From the NCBI GenBank assembly GCA_964016885.1, contig OZ024751.1, positions 13,020,001 to 13,084,000 of the forward strand: a stretch of DNA of 64,000 nucleotides, in the 5' to 3' direction. The translations under genes and the position numbers were made by a program. The stretch is from Eledone cirrhosa. Lineage: Eukaryota. Of the stretch, positions 1 through 13,624 are shown in pieces. The notes under the pieces are model-generated. The model was given only the letters and a program-made list of their open reading frames with translations, was not told the origin of the DNA and searched no databases. How positions within the stretch are numbered: position 1 is the first letter of the stretch; the number at the start of each line of letters is the position of its first letter.

Positions 1-9
1 AGAGAAGAT

Positions 10-165
10 AATTGTTTCTATCATTGGCACAAGGCCATCAATTACCCAGTAGATTACTGGTACTTTATTTTATCGACCCCGTAAGGATGAAAGGCAAAGT
101 TAACCTCGGCGGGATTTGAACTCAGAATGGCAAGGGCCGTAACTCTATGCATCAAAGCATAAGAT
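10..165 (-). mobile_element. tRNA-derived SINE, partial (SINE family 1)
   Basis: Minus strand has B-box-like GAGTTCAAATCC followed by the core GCCTTTCATCCTTACGGGGTCGATAAAATAAAGTACCAG, which recurs at 3950-4010, 4130-4200, 4340-4410, 15950-16010, 18020-18055 and 18440-18720. Confidence 0.8.
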
Positions 166-333
166 AATGAGAATAGATGTCGCTAGTGTCGATACAATGA
201 AGTGAGAGGGGGTTATGGTTATTAACTGTTTATTGAAAATATATATGGATTAACGTAATCCCATTAAGATTGCTTTCGCTTGATAAGCAATGTTGTAATT
301 AATTAATAACAAACAAAAAGGTAACGTTTAACT

Positions 334-446
334 TATATATCTATGCATGTATGTATATGTGTGTATACATGTAATATATATATATATATATGTGTGTATG
401 TGTGTGTGTATATGTGTGTGTATATATATGTGTGTGTGTGTACATA

Positions 447-477
<31 letters not shown>

Positions 478-646
478 ATGTATATATATGTATGTGTGTA
501 CATATGTGTGTGTGTGTGTACATATATGTGTATATGTGTGTACGTATACATATATGTATATATGTGTATGTATGAATTTATGTGTATATTTATGTATGTG
601 TATATATAAATGTATATATATATATATTATATATATGTATATATAT
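334..646. repeat. (TA)n/(TG)n compound microsatellite
   Basis: Direct reading. Confidence 0.95.
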
Positions 647-1251
647 GACGTCTGAATAAAGGTAGTTATAAGCGTTTAACCTAGATGACGACGACTTTAC
701 AGAGTCGTTAGGATTTGTACAATTCTTGGTGTTGTCCATTCCAACTTTTTACCCTCAAATCCTGAGATCAAACCCTGACCATATTATAACTTTGCATATC
801 AACCTGGGTTGATAAATAAACTTACACTACTGCTATGGTTTTTTTGTTTTCTTTAATTCCGTCTGTGTCCCAATTTTCCCTCCTTTTTGGAGGAAATTGG
901 GTGCAGTCAGAATGGGATCTACTCCACTAGTTTTAAACAGGAAGAGGTGAAGTTGACCGTAAAAGTTTCATGGGTCGATAATGTGAAGTATCAGTCAGAT
1001 ACTGTGCTCAATTTAATCGATTCATTCCTTCTACTCAAATTTCTGAAGTTAATCGATATGACGAAAAGTCTAAGGGTAGTATTTTTTTTTTTTTCTTATC
1101 AAAAATTAGGGTTCGATTCTTCTTCCATTTTTTTTATACGTATTCTCTCCCTTTGTCTTCTATCTTGAAAAAATAGAATTTGGATAAGGATTGACTTCAC
1201 TGAATCTCCTTCCACATCCTATTTCTCTCTCACTCTCTCTCACTCTCTCTC

Positions 1252-1283
<32 letters not shown>

Positions 1284-1305
1284 CATATGTAGATATATAA
1301 TCAAA

Positions 1306-1387
1306 AGATCCTGTGACATACATCCCTCTTCATATACATATATATATATATACATGTATATGAAGAGGGATGTATGTCACAGGATCT
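1306..1387. repeat. Palindrome centred on a short (TA)n
   Basis: AGATCCTGTGACATACATCCCTCTTCATATACAT, then (TA)n, then ATGTATATGAAGAGGGATGTATGTCACAGGATCT, its reverse complement. Confidence 0.9.
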
Positions 1388-1405
1388 ATATATATATTTA
1401 TATGA

Positions 1406-1601
1406 ATGAATGAGCCGGGACCCCGACGGCTGAGCTCTTGCCGTGTCAACAGCTAGTTCCAGATTCTGGAACTAGCTGTTGAAACGGCAAGAGCTCAGCC
1501 GTCGGGGTCCCGGCTCATTCATATAATTATACTCTATTACACTAAGTATTGAGTACTCTGGTGAGCAATGGTCTAACCAGTTTCTTACTGAACCCATCTT
1601 G
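1406..1601 (+). mobile_element. Fold-back mini-element, family A (117-nt hairpin plus tail)
   Basis: 1406-1463 is the reverse complement of 1465-1522 with one mismatch; the tail containing AAGTATTGAGTAC is homologous to 57100-57180 and, inverted, to 37280-37335. Confidence 0.7.
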
Positions 1602-1644
1602 ATAGATATAGATATATATAAACACACACACACGCGCACGCACA

Positions 1645-1737
<93 letters not shown>

Positions 1738-2412
1738 GATGGTTGGAAGATCATTGACGAAGGACTAACTTTATTCATATGTAACCCATTAGCAACCCGC
1801 AGCACGTTTTTCTCATATTTACACATTTTTTTCCCCGCTGTTACACGTCTATTTCGTTCTTACTGCTTCCTCTTTCTCTGTATCTTTACCCTCTCTAGCA
1901 GTCACTCTCTCTCTGTTAACCTCTTCCTCACCCTTCACTCACTCATTCTCTGTTACTACCTCTCCTCCTCCTCCTTCTTCCCGTTTGACCTGTGCGTAAT
2001 TCTTTTCTTTCGCACCCTTGGTCTGGCAGGTCGCTTTTTCTCTCTCTCTCTCGTCTACGATTTCACAGAACTTACGTTCACCGAAATCACAGACTAGATC
2101 CCTTCTTCCTCCCGTTAGACCTGTACGGAATTCGTTCCTTGCTTACATTCCAACCAGGTTTGATGGTCGTTATTCTATCTCGTTCACGATTTCACCGAAT
2201 TTAAATTCATAGAAATTTGGGACTTGACTCCTTCTTCCTCACTTTCTGTTGTTTCACCATTTTGTTTGTTTACACTCGCGTCCCTTTTAATTACGTGTCC
2301 CAACAACTTTTTTTAGCCGTTGCTCGCACCAACCGGAGGTATATGGTCTTTAAAGCGATGAAATAGCAATGATGGTTGGAAGATCACTGATGAAGGACTA
2401 ACTTTATTCATA
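1738..2412 (+). mobile_element. Terminally redundant interspersed repeat, family K (pLTR-like)
   Basis: About 42 bp direct repeat GATGGTTGGAAGATCA(C/T)TGA(T/C)GAAGGACTAACTTTATTCATAT at 1738 and 2371; 2060-2410 is homologous to 33970-34350; flanked by microsatellites. Confidence 0.65.
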
Positions 2413-2924
2413 TATATATCACAGAAAAAAAGAGAATCAGTGTTGCGACGAATGGAATTTATTGGACATATTATAATCGTTTCTCTGGCGGCCAACTCGA
2501 GGCACGATCGAAGTGATGATCGAACCTGACTCTGAAAATCGCAAGGTCCTCAGATACGTCTTGATTCTACGAAGCAGATTTTCCTATATATATATATATA
2601 TATATATATATGAAGAGAGATGTATGTAAATCAGTCTTTAAAAAAAGACTGTTTTACATCGTTACCCTATTTCCAATAATCCTGTCTCAAACGCCGCCAC
2701 AACCAACCCACCCCTTCCGCCATCAACATCACCACCACCACCAAATGGACTGTCCCTTCACCACTAAGATGATTATATCTCACCTGTAATTGTTTACAGT
2801 AACTTAACCTTTCATTTGTTTCCAGCCCAAAGGCTAAAGTTAATCTTTAATCTGATTCTACTAGATTAGCTTTTTACGAATATAATCACTCGTCATCTTG
2901 TCTTTTAGATTTGTCTCTCGAAAA

Positions 2925-2929
<5 letters not shown>

Positions 2930-2955
<26 letters not shown>

Positions 2956-3086
2956 GTCATACATACATACATACACACACACTCACATATATATATATAC
3001 ATACACACACACATATATATATATATACATACACACACACACTCATATATATATATATTCACTCACAAATATATATATATATATGT

Positions 3087-3121
<35 letters not shown>

Positions 3122-3260
3122 CACTCACAAATATATATATATATATACACTCACAAATATATATATATATATATGTACACACACACACACACACACATAT
3201 ATATACACGCACACACACACTCATATATATATATATACACTCACAAATATATATATATAT

Positions 3261-3305
<45 letters not shown>

Positions 3306-3402
3306 TATATATACACGCACACACACACTCATATATATATATATATATACACTCACAAATATATATATATATATATATACACTCACAAATATATATATAT
3401 AT

Positions 3403-3469
<67 letters not shown>

Positions 3470-3575
3470 CATACATAAAATATATTTTTTAAATGATGCT
3501 GAGAAATGTAATGCAATTAGTAGTAGTAGTAGTAGTAGTACTAGTAGTAGTAGTAGTGGTGGTGGTGGTTGTAGT
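2930..3575. repeat. (TA)n/(CA)n array with CACTCACAAA variants, then (AGT)n/(GGT)n
   Basis: Direct reading. Confidence 0.9.
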
Positions 3576-3817
3576 TGTGGTGATAGTAGCTATAGCGGTG
3601 TTTCTAGTGGTTGGAGTATTACAGTATTGTTGTAGTAGTGACAATAGTATTAATAGTAATAGTATTTGTTGTGGTGGAGGCGGGGTAACAGTATTAGAAT
3701 TAGTACTGCCAATCAGGCTTAACTACATAGACGCTATGGTTGAAATTCTTATGCAATTAAACCGCGTTAGGAATTAAGTGAATTCACGCCGTAAGCAAAA
3801 ATTGAAGAGATTTCATT

Positions 3818-4660
3818 ATAATGGTTTCTTATAAAGGCACAAGGCCAGCAATTTTGGGGTAGGCAAAGTCAACCTTGGCGGGATTTGAACTCAGCTCGTA
3901 AAGGGACGTAAAAAAAAAAAAAGTTACGCCCCTTTACGATCTGAGTTCAAATCCCGCCAAGGTTGACTTTGCCTTTCATCCTTACGGGGTCGATAAAATA
4001 AAGTACCAGTAATGCACTGAGGTAATTGCTCGCCTTGTGCCTAAAGTAGAAACAATTATAATGGTTTCTTATATAGGCACAAGGCCAGCAATTTTGGGGG
4101 AGGGAAAGTCAATTAAATCGACCCCAGTGCGTGACTGGTGCTTTATTTTATCGACCCCGTACGGATGAAAGGCAAAGTTAACTTCGGCAGGATTTGAACT
4201 CAGACCGTGAAAGGCCGTAACTCTATGCTGCAAAGCATGACGTCCGACGCTCTACCTATACTGCCAATTCACCGACCGACTTTAGAGATGTTATAATTGT
4301 TTCTACTTTTGGCACAAGGCCAGCAATTACCCAGTGCATTACTGGTACTTTATTTTATCGACCCCCGTAAGGATGAAAGGCAAAGGTAACCTCGGCGGGA
4401 TTTGAACTCAGACCGTAAAAGGCGGTAACTCTATGCTGCAAAGCATGACATCCGACGCTCTACCGATACTGCCAACCCACCGCCCTTAGAGATGTTATTA
4501 TAATGACAATAGTAAAGTATGATGAGGTAGCCATTTGGCAGAGTCGTTGAAACATCTGATACAGTGTTTTGTGGTAGTCCAAATACAGTTGATGTCAACG
4601 TTGCCTTTCATCCTTTCGAGGTCGATAAAAGAAGTATCAGTCCCAGTACTGGAGTAGGTT
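3818..4660. mobile_element. Cluster of SINE family 1 copies in both orientations
   Basis: Inverted pair 3861-3974 around an A-run; plus-strand copy to ~4057; two tandem minus-strand copies ~4058-4290 and ~4292-4498; diverged plus-strand copy ~4530-4660. Confidence 0.8.
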
Positions 4661-4704
4661 ATTTTCCTATATCTCCACCTCACTTCATTTCTCCGTCAAA
4701 ATAT

Positions 4705-7700
4705 TTCTCTTTCAATGCCTCCCTATCAATTTCTCTCTTTCAATGCCTCTCTATCAATCTCTCTCTTTCAATGCCTCCCTATCAATCTCTCTCTTTCAAT
4801 GCCTCTCTACCAATCTCTCTCTTTCAATGCCTCTCTACCAATCTCTCTCTTTCAATGCCTCTCTATCAATCTCTCTCTTTCAATGCCTCTCTATCAATCT
4901 CTCTCTTTCAATGCCTCTCTATCAATCTCTCTCTTTTAATGCCTCTCTATCAATCTCTCTCTTTTAATGCCTCTCTATCAATCTCTCTCTTTCAATGCCT
5001 CTCTATCAATCTCTCTCTTTCAATGCCTCTCTACCAATCTCTCTCTTTCAATGCCTCTCTACCAATCTCTCTCTTTCAATGCCTCTCTACCAATCTCTCT
5101 CTTTCAATGCCTCTCTATCAATCTCTCTCTTTCAATGCCTCTCTACCAATCTCTCTCTTTTAATGCCTCCCTATCAATTTCTCTCTTTCAATGCCTCTCT
5201 ATCAATCTCTCTCTTTCAATGCCTCTCTACCAATCTCTCTCTTTTAATGCCTCCCTATCAATCTCTCTCTTTCAATGCCTCTCTATCAATCTCTCTCTTT
5301 CAATGCCTCTCTATCAATCTCTCTCTTTCAATGCCTCTCTACCAATCTCTCTCTTTTAATGCCTCTCTATCAATCTCTCTCTTTCAATGCCTCCCTATCA
5401 ATCTCTCTCTTTCAATGCCTCTCTACCAATCTCTCTCTTTCAATGCCTCTCTATCAATTTCTCTCTTTCAATGCCTCTCTATCAATCTCTCTCTTTCAAT
5501 GCCTCTCTATCAATCTCTCTCTTTCAATGCCTCCCTATCAATCTCTCTCTTTCAATGCCTCCCTATCAATCTCTCTCTTTCAATGCCTCCCTATCAATCT
5601 CTCTCTTTCAATGCCTCTCTATCAATCTCTCTCTTTCAATGCCTCCCTATCAATCTCTCTCTTTCAATGCCTCCCTATCAATCTCTCTCTTTCAATGCCT
5701 CCCTATCAATCTATCTCTTTCAATGCCTCTCTATCAATCTCTCTCTTTCAATGCCTCCCTATCAATCTCTCTCTTTCAATGCCTCCCTATCAATCTCTCT
5801 CTTTCAATGCCTCTCTATCAATCTCTCTCTTTCAATGCCTCCCTATCAATCTCTCTCTTTCAATGCCTCTCTACCAATCTCTCTCTTTCAATGCCTCTCT
5901 ATCAATTTCTCTCTTTCAATGCCTCTCTATCAATCTCTCTCTTTCAATGCCTCTCTATCAATCTCTCTCTTTCAATGCCTCTCTATCAATCTCTCTCTTT
6001 CAATGCCTCTCTACCAATCTCTCTCTTTCAATGCCTCTCTACCAATCTCTCTCTTTCAATGCCTCTCTACCAATCTCTCTCTTTCAATGCCTCTCTATCA
6101 ATCTCTCTCTTTCAATGCCTCTCTACCAATCTCTCTCTTTTAATGCCTCCCTATCAATTTCTCTCTTTCAATGCCTCTCTATCAATCTCTCTCTTTCAAT
6201 GCCTCTCTATCAATCTCTCTCTTTTAATGCCTCTCTATCAATCTCTCTCTTTTAATGCCTCTCTATCAATCTCTCTCTTTTAATGCCTCTCTAACAAACT
6301 CTCTCTTTTAATGCCTCTCTATCAATCTCTCTCTTTCAATGCCTCCCTATCAATCTCTCTCTTTCAATGCCTTCCTATCAATCTCTCTCTTTCAATGCCT
6401 CTCTATCAATCTCTCTCTTTTAATGCCTCTCTATCAATCTCTCTCTTTTAATGCCACTCTATCAATCTCTCTCTTTCAATGCCTCCCTATCAATCTCTCT
6501 CTTTCAATGCCTCCCTATCAATCTCTCTCTTTCAATGCCTCTCTATCAATCTCTCTCTTTCAATGCCTCCCTATCAATCTCTCTCTTTCAATGCCTCCCT
6601 ATCAATCTCTCTCTTTCAATGCCTCCCTATCAATCTCTCTCTTTCAATGCCTCTCTATCAATCTCTCTCTTTCAATGCCTCCCTATCAATCTCTCTCTTT
6701 CAATGCCTCCCTATCAATCTCTCTCTTTCAATGCCTCCCTATCAATCTCTCTCTTTCAATGCCTCTCTATCAATCTCTCTCTTTCAATGCCTCCCTATCA
6801 ATCTCTCTCTTTCAATGCCTCCCTATCAATCTCTCTCTTTCAATGCCTCTCTATCAATCTCTCTCTTTCAATGCCTCTCTATCAATCTCTCTCTTTCGAT
6901 GCCTCTCTACCAATCTCTCTCTGTTAATGCCTCCCTATCATTTTCTCTCTTTCAATGCCTCTCTATCAATTTCTCTCTTTCAATGCCTCTCTATCAATCT
7001 CTCTCTTTTAATGCCTCTCTATCAATCTCTCTCTTTCAATGCCTCTCTATCAATCTCTCTCTTTCGATGCCTCTCTACCAATCTCTCTCTGTTAATGCCT
7101 CCCTATCATTTTCTCTCTTTCAATGCCTCTCTATCAATCTCTCTCTTTTATTGCCTCTCTATCAATCTCTCTCTTTCAATGCCTCTCTACCAATCTCTCT
7201 CTGTTAATGCCTCCCTATCATTTTCTCTCTTTCAATGCCTCTCTATCAATTTCTCTCTTTCAATGCCTCTCTATCAATCTCTCTCTTTTAATGACTCTCT
7301 ATCAATCTCTCTCTTTTAATGCCTCTCTATCAATCTCTCTCTTTCAATGCCTCTCTATCAATCTCTCTCTTCCGATGCCTCTCTACCAATCTCTCTCTTT
7401 CGATGCCTCTCTACCAATCTCTCTCTGTTAATGCCTCCCTATCATTTTCTCTCTTTCAATGCCTCCCTATCATTTTCTCTCTTTCAATGCCTCTCTATCA
7501 ATTTCTCTCTTTTAATGCCTCTCTATCAATCTCTCTCTTTCAATGCCTCTCTACCAATCTCTCTCTGTTAATGCCTCCCTATCATTTTCTCTCTTTCACT
7601 GCCTCCCTATCATTTTCTCTCTTTCAATGCCTCTCTATCAATTTCTCTCTTTTAATGCCTCTCTATCAATCTCTCTCTTTCAATGCCTCTCTACCAATCT

Positions 7701-10700
7701 CTCTCTGTTAATGCCTCCCTATCATTTTCTCTCTTTCAATGCCTCTCTATCAATCTCTCTCTTTCAATGCCTCCCTATCAATCTCTCTCTTTCAATGCCT
7801 CCCTATCAATCTCTCTCTTTCAATGCCTCCCTATCAATCTCTCTCTTTCAATGCCTCCCTATCAATCTCTCTCTTTCAATGTCTCTCTATCAATCTCTCT
7901 CTTTTAATGCCTCCCTATCAATCTCTCTCTTTCAATGCCTCCCTATCAATCTCTCTCTTTCAATGTCTCTCTATCAATCTCTCTCTTTTAATGCCTCTCT
8001 ATCAATCTCTCTCTTTCAATGCCTCCCTATCAATCTCTCTCTTTCAATGCCTCTCTACCAATCTCTCTCTTTCAATGCCTCTCTACCAATCTCTCTCTTT
8101 CAATGCCTCTCTATCAATCTCTCTCTTTCAATGCCTCTCTATCAATCTCTCTCTTTCAATGCCTCTCTATCAATCTCTCTCTTTTAATGCCTCTCTATCA
8201 ATCTCTCTCTTTTAATGCCTCTCTATCAATCTCTCTCTTTCAATGCCTCTCTATCAATCTCTCTCTTTCAATGCCTCTCTACCAATCTCTCTCTTTCAAT
8301 GCCTCTCTACCAATCTCTCTCTTTCAATGCCTCTCTACCAATCTCTCTCTTTCAATGCCTCTCTATCAATCTCTCTCTTTCAATGCCTCTCTACCAATCT
8401 CTCTCTTTTAATGCCTCCCTATCAATTTCTCTCTTTCAATGCCTCTCTATCAATCTCTCTCTTTCAATGCCTCTCTACCAATCTCTCTCTTTTAATGCCT
8501 CCCTATCAATCTCTCTCTTTCAATGCCTCTCTATCAATCTCTCTCTTTCAATGCCTCTCTATCAATCTCTCTCTTTCAATGCCTCTCTACCAATCTCTCT
8601 CTTTTAATGCCTCTCTATCAATCTCTCTCTTTCAATGCCTCCCTATCAATCTCTCTCTTTCAATGCCTCTCTACCAATCTCTCTCTTTCAATGCCTCTCT
8701 ATCAATTTCTCTCTTTCAATGCCTCTCTATCAATCTCTCTCTTTCAATGCCTCTCTATCAATCTCTCTCTTTCAATGCCTCCCTATCAATCTCTCTCTTT
8801 CAATGCCTCCCTATCAATCTCTCTCTTTCAATGCCTCCCTATCAATCTCTCTCTTTCAATGCCTCTCTATCAATCTCTCTCTTTCAATGCCTCCCTATCA
8901 ATCTCTCTCTTTCAATGCCTCCCTATCAATCTCTCTCTTTCAATGCCTCCCTATCAATCTATCTCTTTCAATGCCTCTCTATCAATCTCTCTCTTTCAAT
9001 GCCTCCCTATCAATCTCTCTCTTTCAATGCCTCCCTATCAATCTCTCTCTTTCAATGCCTCTCTATCAATCTCTCTCTTTCAATGCCTCCCTATCAATCT
9101 CTCTCTTTCAATGCCTCTCTACCAATCTCTCTCTTTCAATGCCTCTCTATCAATTTCTCTCTTTCAATGCCTCTCTATCAATCTCTCTCTTTCAATGCCT
9201 CTCTATCAATCTCTCTCTTTCAATGCCTCTCTATCAATCTCTCTCTTTCAATGCCTCTCTACCAATCTCTCTCTTTCAATGCCTCTCTACCAATCTCTCT
9301 CTTTCAATGCCTCTCTACCAATCTCTCTCTTTCAATGCCTCTCTATCAATCTCTCTCTTTCAATGCCTCTCTACCAATCTCTCTCTTTTAATGCCTCCCT
9401 ATCAATTTCTCTCTTTCAATGCCTCTCTATCAATCTCTCTCTTTCAATGCCTCTCTATCAATCTCTCTCTTTTAATGCCTCTCTATCAATCTCTCTCTTT
9501 TAATGCCTCTCTATCAATCTCTCTCTTTTAATGCCTCTCTAACAAACTCTCTCTTTTAATGCCTCTCTATCAATCTCTCTCTTTCAATGCCTCCCTATCA
9601 ATCTCTCTCTTTCAATGCCTTCCTATCAATCTCTCTCTTTCAATGCCTCTCTATCAATCTCTCTCTTTTAATGCCTCTCTATCAATCTCTCTCTTTTAAT
9701 GCCACTCTATCAATCTCTCTCTTTCAATGCCTCCCTATCAATCTCTCTCTTTCAATGCCTCCCTATCAATCTCTCTCTTTCAATGCCTCTCTATCAATCT
9801 CTCTCTTTCAATGCCTCCCTATCAATCTCTCTCTTTCAATGCCTCCCTATCAATCTCTCTCTTTCAATGCCTCCCTATCAATCTCTCTCTTTCAATGCCT
9901 CTCTATCAATCTCTCTCTTTCAATGCCTCCCTATCAATCTCTCTCTTTCAATGCCTCCCTATCAATCTCTCTCTTTCAATGCCTCCCTATCAATCTCTCT
10001 CTTTCAATGCCTCTCTATCAATCTCTCTCTTTCAATGCCTCCCTATCAATCTCTCTCTTTCAATGCCTCCCTATCAATCTCTCTCTTTCAATGCCTCTCT
10101 ATCAATCTCTCTCTTTCAATGCCTCTCTATCAATCTCTCTCTTTCGATGCCTCTCTACCAATCTCTCTCTGTTAATGCCTCCCTATCATTTTCTCTCTTT
10201 CAATGCCTCTCTATCAATTTCTCTCTTTCAATGCCTCTCTATCAATCTCTCTCTTTTAATGCCTCTCTATCAATCTCTCTCTTTCAATGCCTCTCTATCA
10301 ATCTCTCTCTTTCGATGCCTCTCTACCAATCTCTCTCTGTTAATGCCTCCCTATCATTTTCTCTCTTTCAATGCCTCTCTATCAATCTCTCTCTTTTATT
10401 GCCTCTCTATCAATCTCTCTCTTTCAATGCCTCTCTACCAATCTCTCTCTGTTAATGCCTCCCTATCATTTTCTCTCTTTCAATGCCTCTCTATCAATTT
10501 CTCTCTTTCAATGCCTCTCTATCAATCTCTCTCTTTTAATGACTCTCTATCAATCTCTCTCTTTTAATGCCTCTCTATCAATCTCTCTCTTTCAATGCCT
10601 CTCTATCAATCTCTCTCTTCCGATGCCTCTCTACCAATCTCTCTCTTTCGATGCCTCTCTACCAATCTCTCTCTGTTAATGCCTCCCTATCATTTTCTCT

Positions 10701-13618
10701 CTTTCAATGCCTCCCTATCATTTTCTCTCTTTCAATGCCTCTCTATCAATTTCTCTCTTTTAATGCCTCTCTATCAATCTCTCTCTTTCAATGCCTCTCT
10801 ACCAATCTCTCTCTGTTAATGCCTCCCTATCATTTTCTCTCTTTCACTGCCTCCCTATCATTTTCTCTCTTTCAATGCCTCTCTATCAATTTCTCTCTTT
10901 TAATGCCTCTCTATCAATCTCTCTCTTTCAATGCCTCTCTACCAATCTCTCTCTGTTAATGCCTCCCTATCATTTTCTCTCTTTCAATGCCTCTCTATCA
11001 ATCTCTCTCTTTCAATGCCTCCCTATCAATCTCTCTCTTTCAATGCCTCCCTATCAATCTCTCTCTTTCAATGCCTCCCTATCAATCTCTCTCTTTCAAT
11101 GCCTCCCTATCAATCTCTCTCTTTCAATGTCTCTCTATCAATCTCTCTCTTTTAATGCCTCCCTATCAATCTCTCTCTTTCAATGCCTCCCTATCAATCT
11201 CTCTCTTTCAATGTCTCTCTATCAATCTCTCTCTTTTAATGCCTCTCTATCAATCTCTCTCTGTTAATGCCTCTCTATCAATCTCTCTCTTTCAATGCCT
11301 CTCTATCAATCTCTCTCTTTCAATGCCTCTCTATCAATTTCTCTCTTTCAATGCCTCTCTATCAATCTCTCTCTTTCAATGCTTCCCTATCAATCTCTCT
11401 CTTTCAATGCCTCTCTATCAATCTCTCTCTTTCAATGCCTCTCTATCAATCTCTCTCTTTTAATGCCTCCCTATCAATCTCTCTCTTTCAATGCCTCTCT
11501 ATCAATCTCTCTCTTTTAATGCCTCCCTATCAATCTCTCTCTTTCAATGTCTCTCTATCAATCTCTCTCTTTTAATGCCTCTCTAGCAAACTCTCTCTTT
11601 CAATGCCTCCCTATCAATCTCTCTCTTTCAATGTCTCTCTATCAATCTCTCTCTTTTAATGCCTCTCTATCAATCTCTCTCTGTTAATGCCTCCCTATCA
11701 ATCTCTCTCTTTCAATGCCTCTCTATCAATCTCTCTCTTTCAATGCCTCTCTATCAATTTCTCTCTTTCAATGCCTCTCTATCAATCTCTCTCTTTCAAT
11801 GCCTCCCTATCAATCTCTCTCTTTCAATGCCTCTCTACCAATCTCTCTCTTTCAATGCCTCTCTACCAATCTCTCTCTTTCAATGCCTCTCTATCAATCT
11901 CTCTCTTTTAATGCCTCTCTATCAATCTCTCTCTGTTAATGCCTCCCTATCAATCTCTCTCTTTCAATGCCTCTCTATCAATCTCTCTCTTTCAATGCCT
12001 CTCTATCAATTTCTCTCTTTCAATGCCTCTCTATCAATCTCTCTCTTTTAATGCCTCTCTATCAATCTCTCTCTTTCAATGCCTCTCTATCAATCTCTCT
12101 CTTCCGATGCCTCTCTACCAATCTCTCTCTTTCGATGCCTCTCTACCAATCTCTCTCTGTTAATGCCTCCCTATCATTTTCTCTCTTTCAATGCCTCCCT
12201 ATCATTTTCTCTCTTTCAATGCCTCTCTATCAATTTCTCTCTTTTAATGCCTCTCTATCAATCTCTCTCTTTCAATGCCTCTCTACCAATCTCTCTCTGT
12301 TAATGCCTCCCTATCATTTTCTCTCTTTCAATGCCTCCCTATCATTTTCTCTCTTTCAATGCCTCTCTATCAATTTCTCTCTTTTAATGCCTCTCTATCA
12401 ATCTCTCTCTTTCAATGCCTCTCTACCAATCTCTCTCTGTTAATGCCTCCCTATCATTTTCTCTCTTTCAATGCCTCTCTATCAATCTCTCTCTTTCAAT
12501 GCCTCCCTATCAATCTCTCTCTTTCAATGCCTCCCTATCAATCTCTCTCTTTCAATGCCTCCCTATCAATCTCTCTCTTTCAATGCCTCCCTATCAATCT
12601 CTCTCTTTCAATGTCTCTCTATCAATCTCTCTCTTTTAATGCCTCCCTATCAATCTCTCTCTTTTAATGCCTCCCTATCAATCTCTCTCTTTCAATGTCT
12701 CTCTATCAATCTCTCTCTTTTAATGCCTCTCTATCAATCTCTCTCTGTTAATGCCTCCCTATCAATCTCTCTCTTTCAATGCCTCTCTATCAATCTCTCT
12801 CTTTCAATGCCTCTCTATCAATTTCTCTCTTTCAATGCCTCTCTATCAATCTCTCTCTTTCAATGCCTCCCTATCAATCTCTCTCTTTCAATGCCTCTCT
12901 ACCAATCTCTCTCTTTCAATGCCTCTCTATCAATCTCTCTCTTTCAATGCCTCTCTATCAATCTCTCTCTTTTAATGCCTCCCTATCAATCTCTCTCTTT
13001 CAATGCCTCTCTATCAATCTCTCTCTTTTAATGCCTCCCTATCAATCTCTCTCTTTCAATGTCTCTCTATCAATCTCTCTCTTTTAATGCCTCTCTAGCA
13101 AACTCTCTCTTTCAATGCCTCCCTATCAATCTCTCTCTTTCAATGTCTCTCTATCAATCTCTCTCTTTTAATGCCTCTCTATCAATCTCTCTCTGTTAAT
13201 GCCTCCCTATCAATCTCTCTCTTTCAATGCCTCTCTATCAATCTCTCTCTTTCAATGCCTCTCTACCAATTTCTCTCTTTCAATGCCTCTCTATCAATCT
13301 CTCTCTTTCAATGCCTCTCTATCAATCTCTCTCTTTTAATGCCTCCCTATCAATCTCTCTCTTTCAATGCCTCTCTACCAATCTCTCTCTTTCAATGCCT
13401 CTCTATCAATCTCTCTCTTTCAATGCCTCTCTATCAATCTCTCTCTTTTAATGCCTCCCTATCAATCTCTCTCTTTCAATGCCTCTCTATCAATCTCTCT
13501 CTTTTAATGCCTCCCTATCAATCTCTCTCTTTCAATGTCTCTCTATCAATCTCTCTCTTTTAATGCCTCTCTAGCAAACTCTCTCTTTCAATGCCTCTCT
13601 ATCAATCTCTCTCTTTCA
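4705..13618. repeat. 28-bp satellite TCAATGCCTCTCTATCAATCTCTCTCTT, about 318 units
   Basis: Constant 28-bp period made of two related 14-mers each starting TCAAT; ORF starts in the track are spaced by multiples of 28. Confidence 0.98.
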
Positions 13619-13624
13619 AAATCT

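Noticed and set aside
4564-13620. MPLYQSLSFNASLSISLFQCLSINLSLS repeat proteins; possible CRISPR array
   Set aside because: A 28-bp tandem unit gives the same peptide in all three frames. There are no unique spacers and no cas genes, and the context is eukaryotic.
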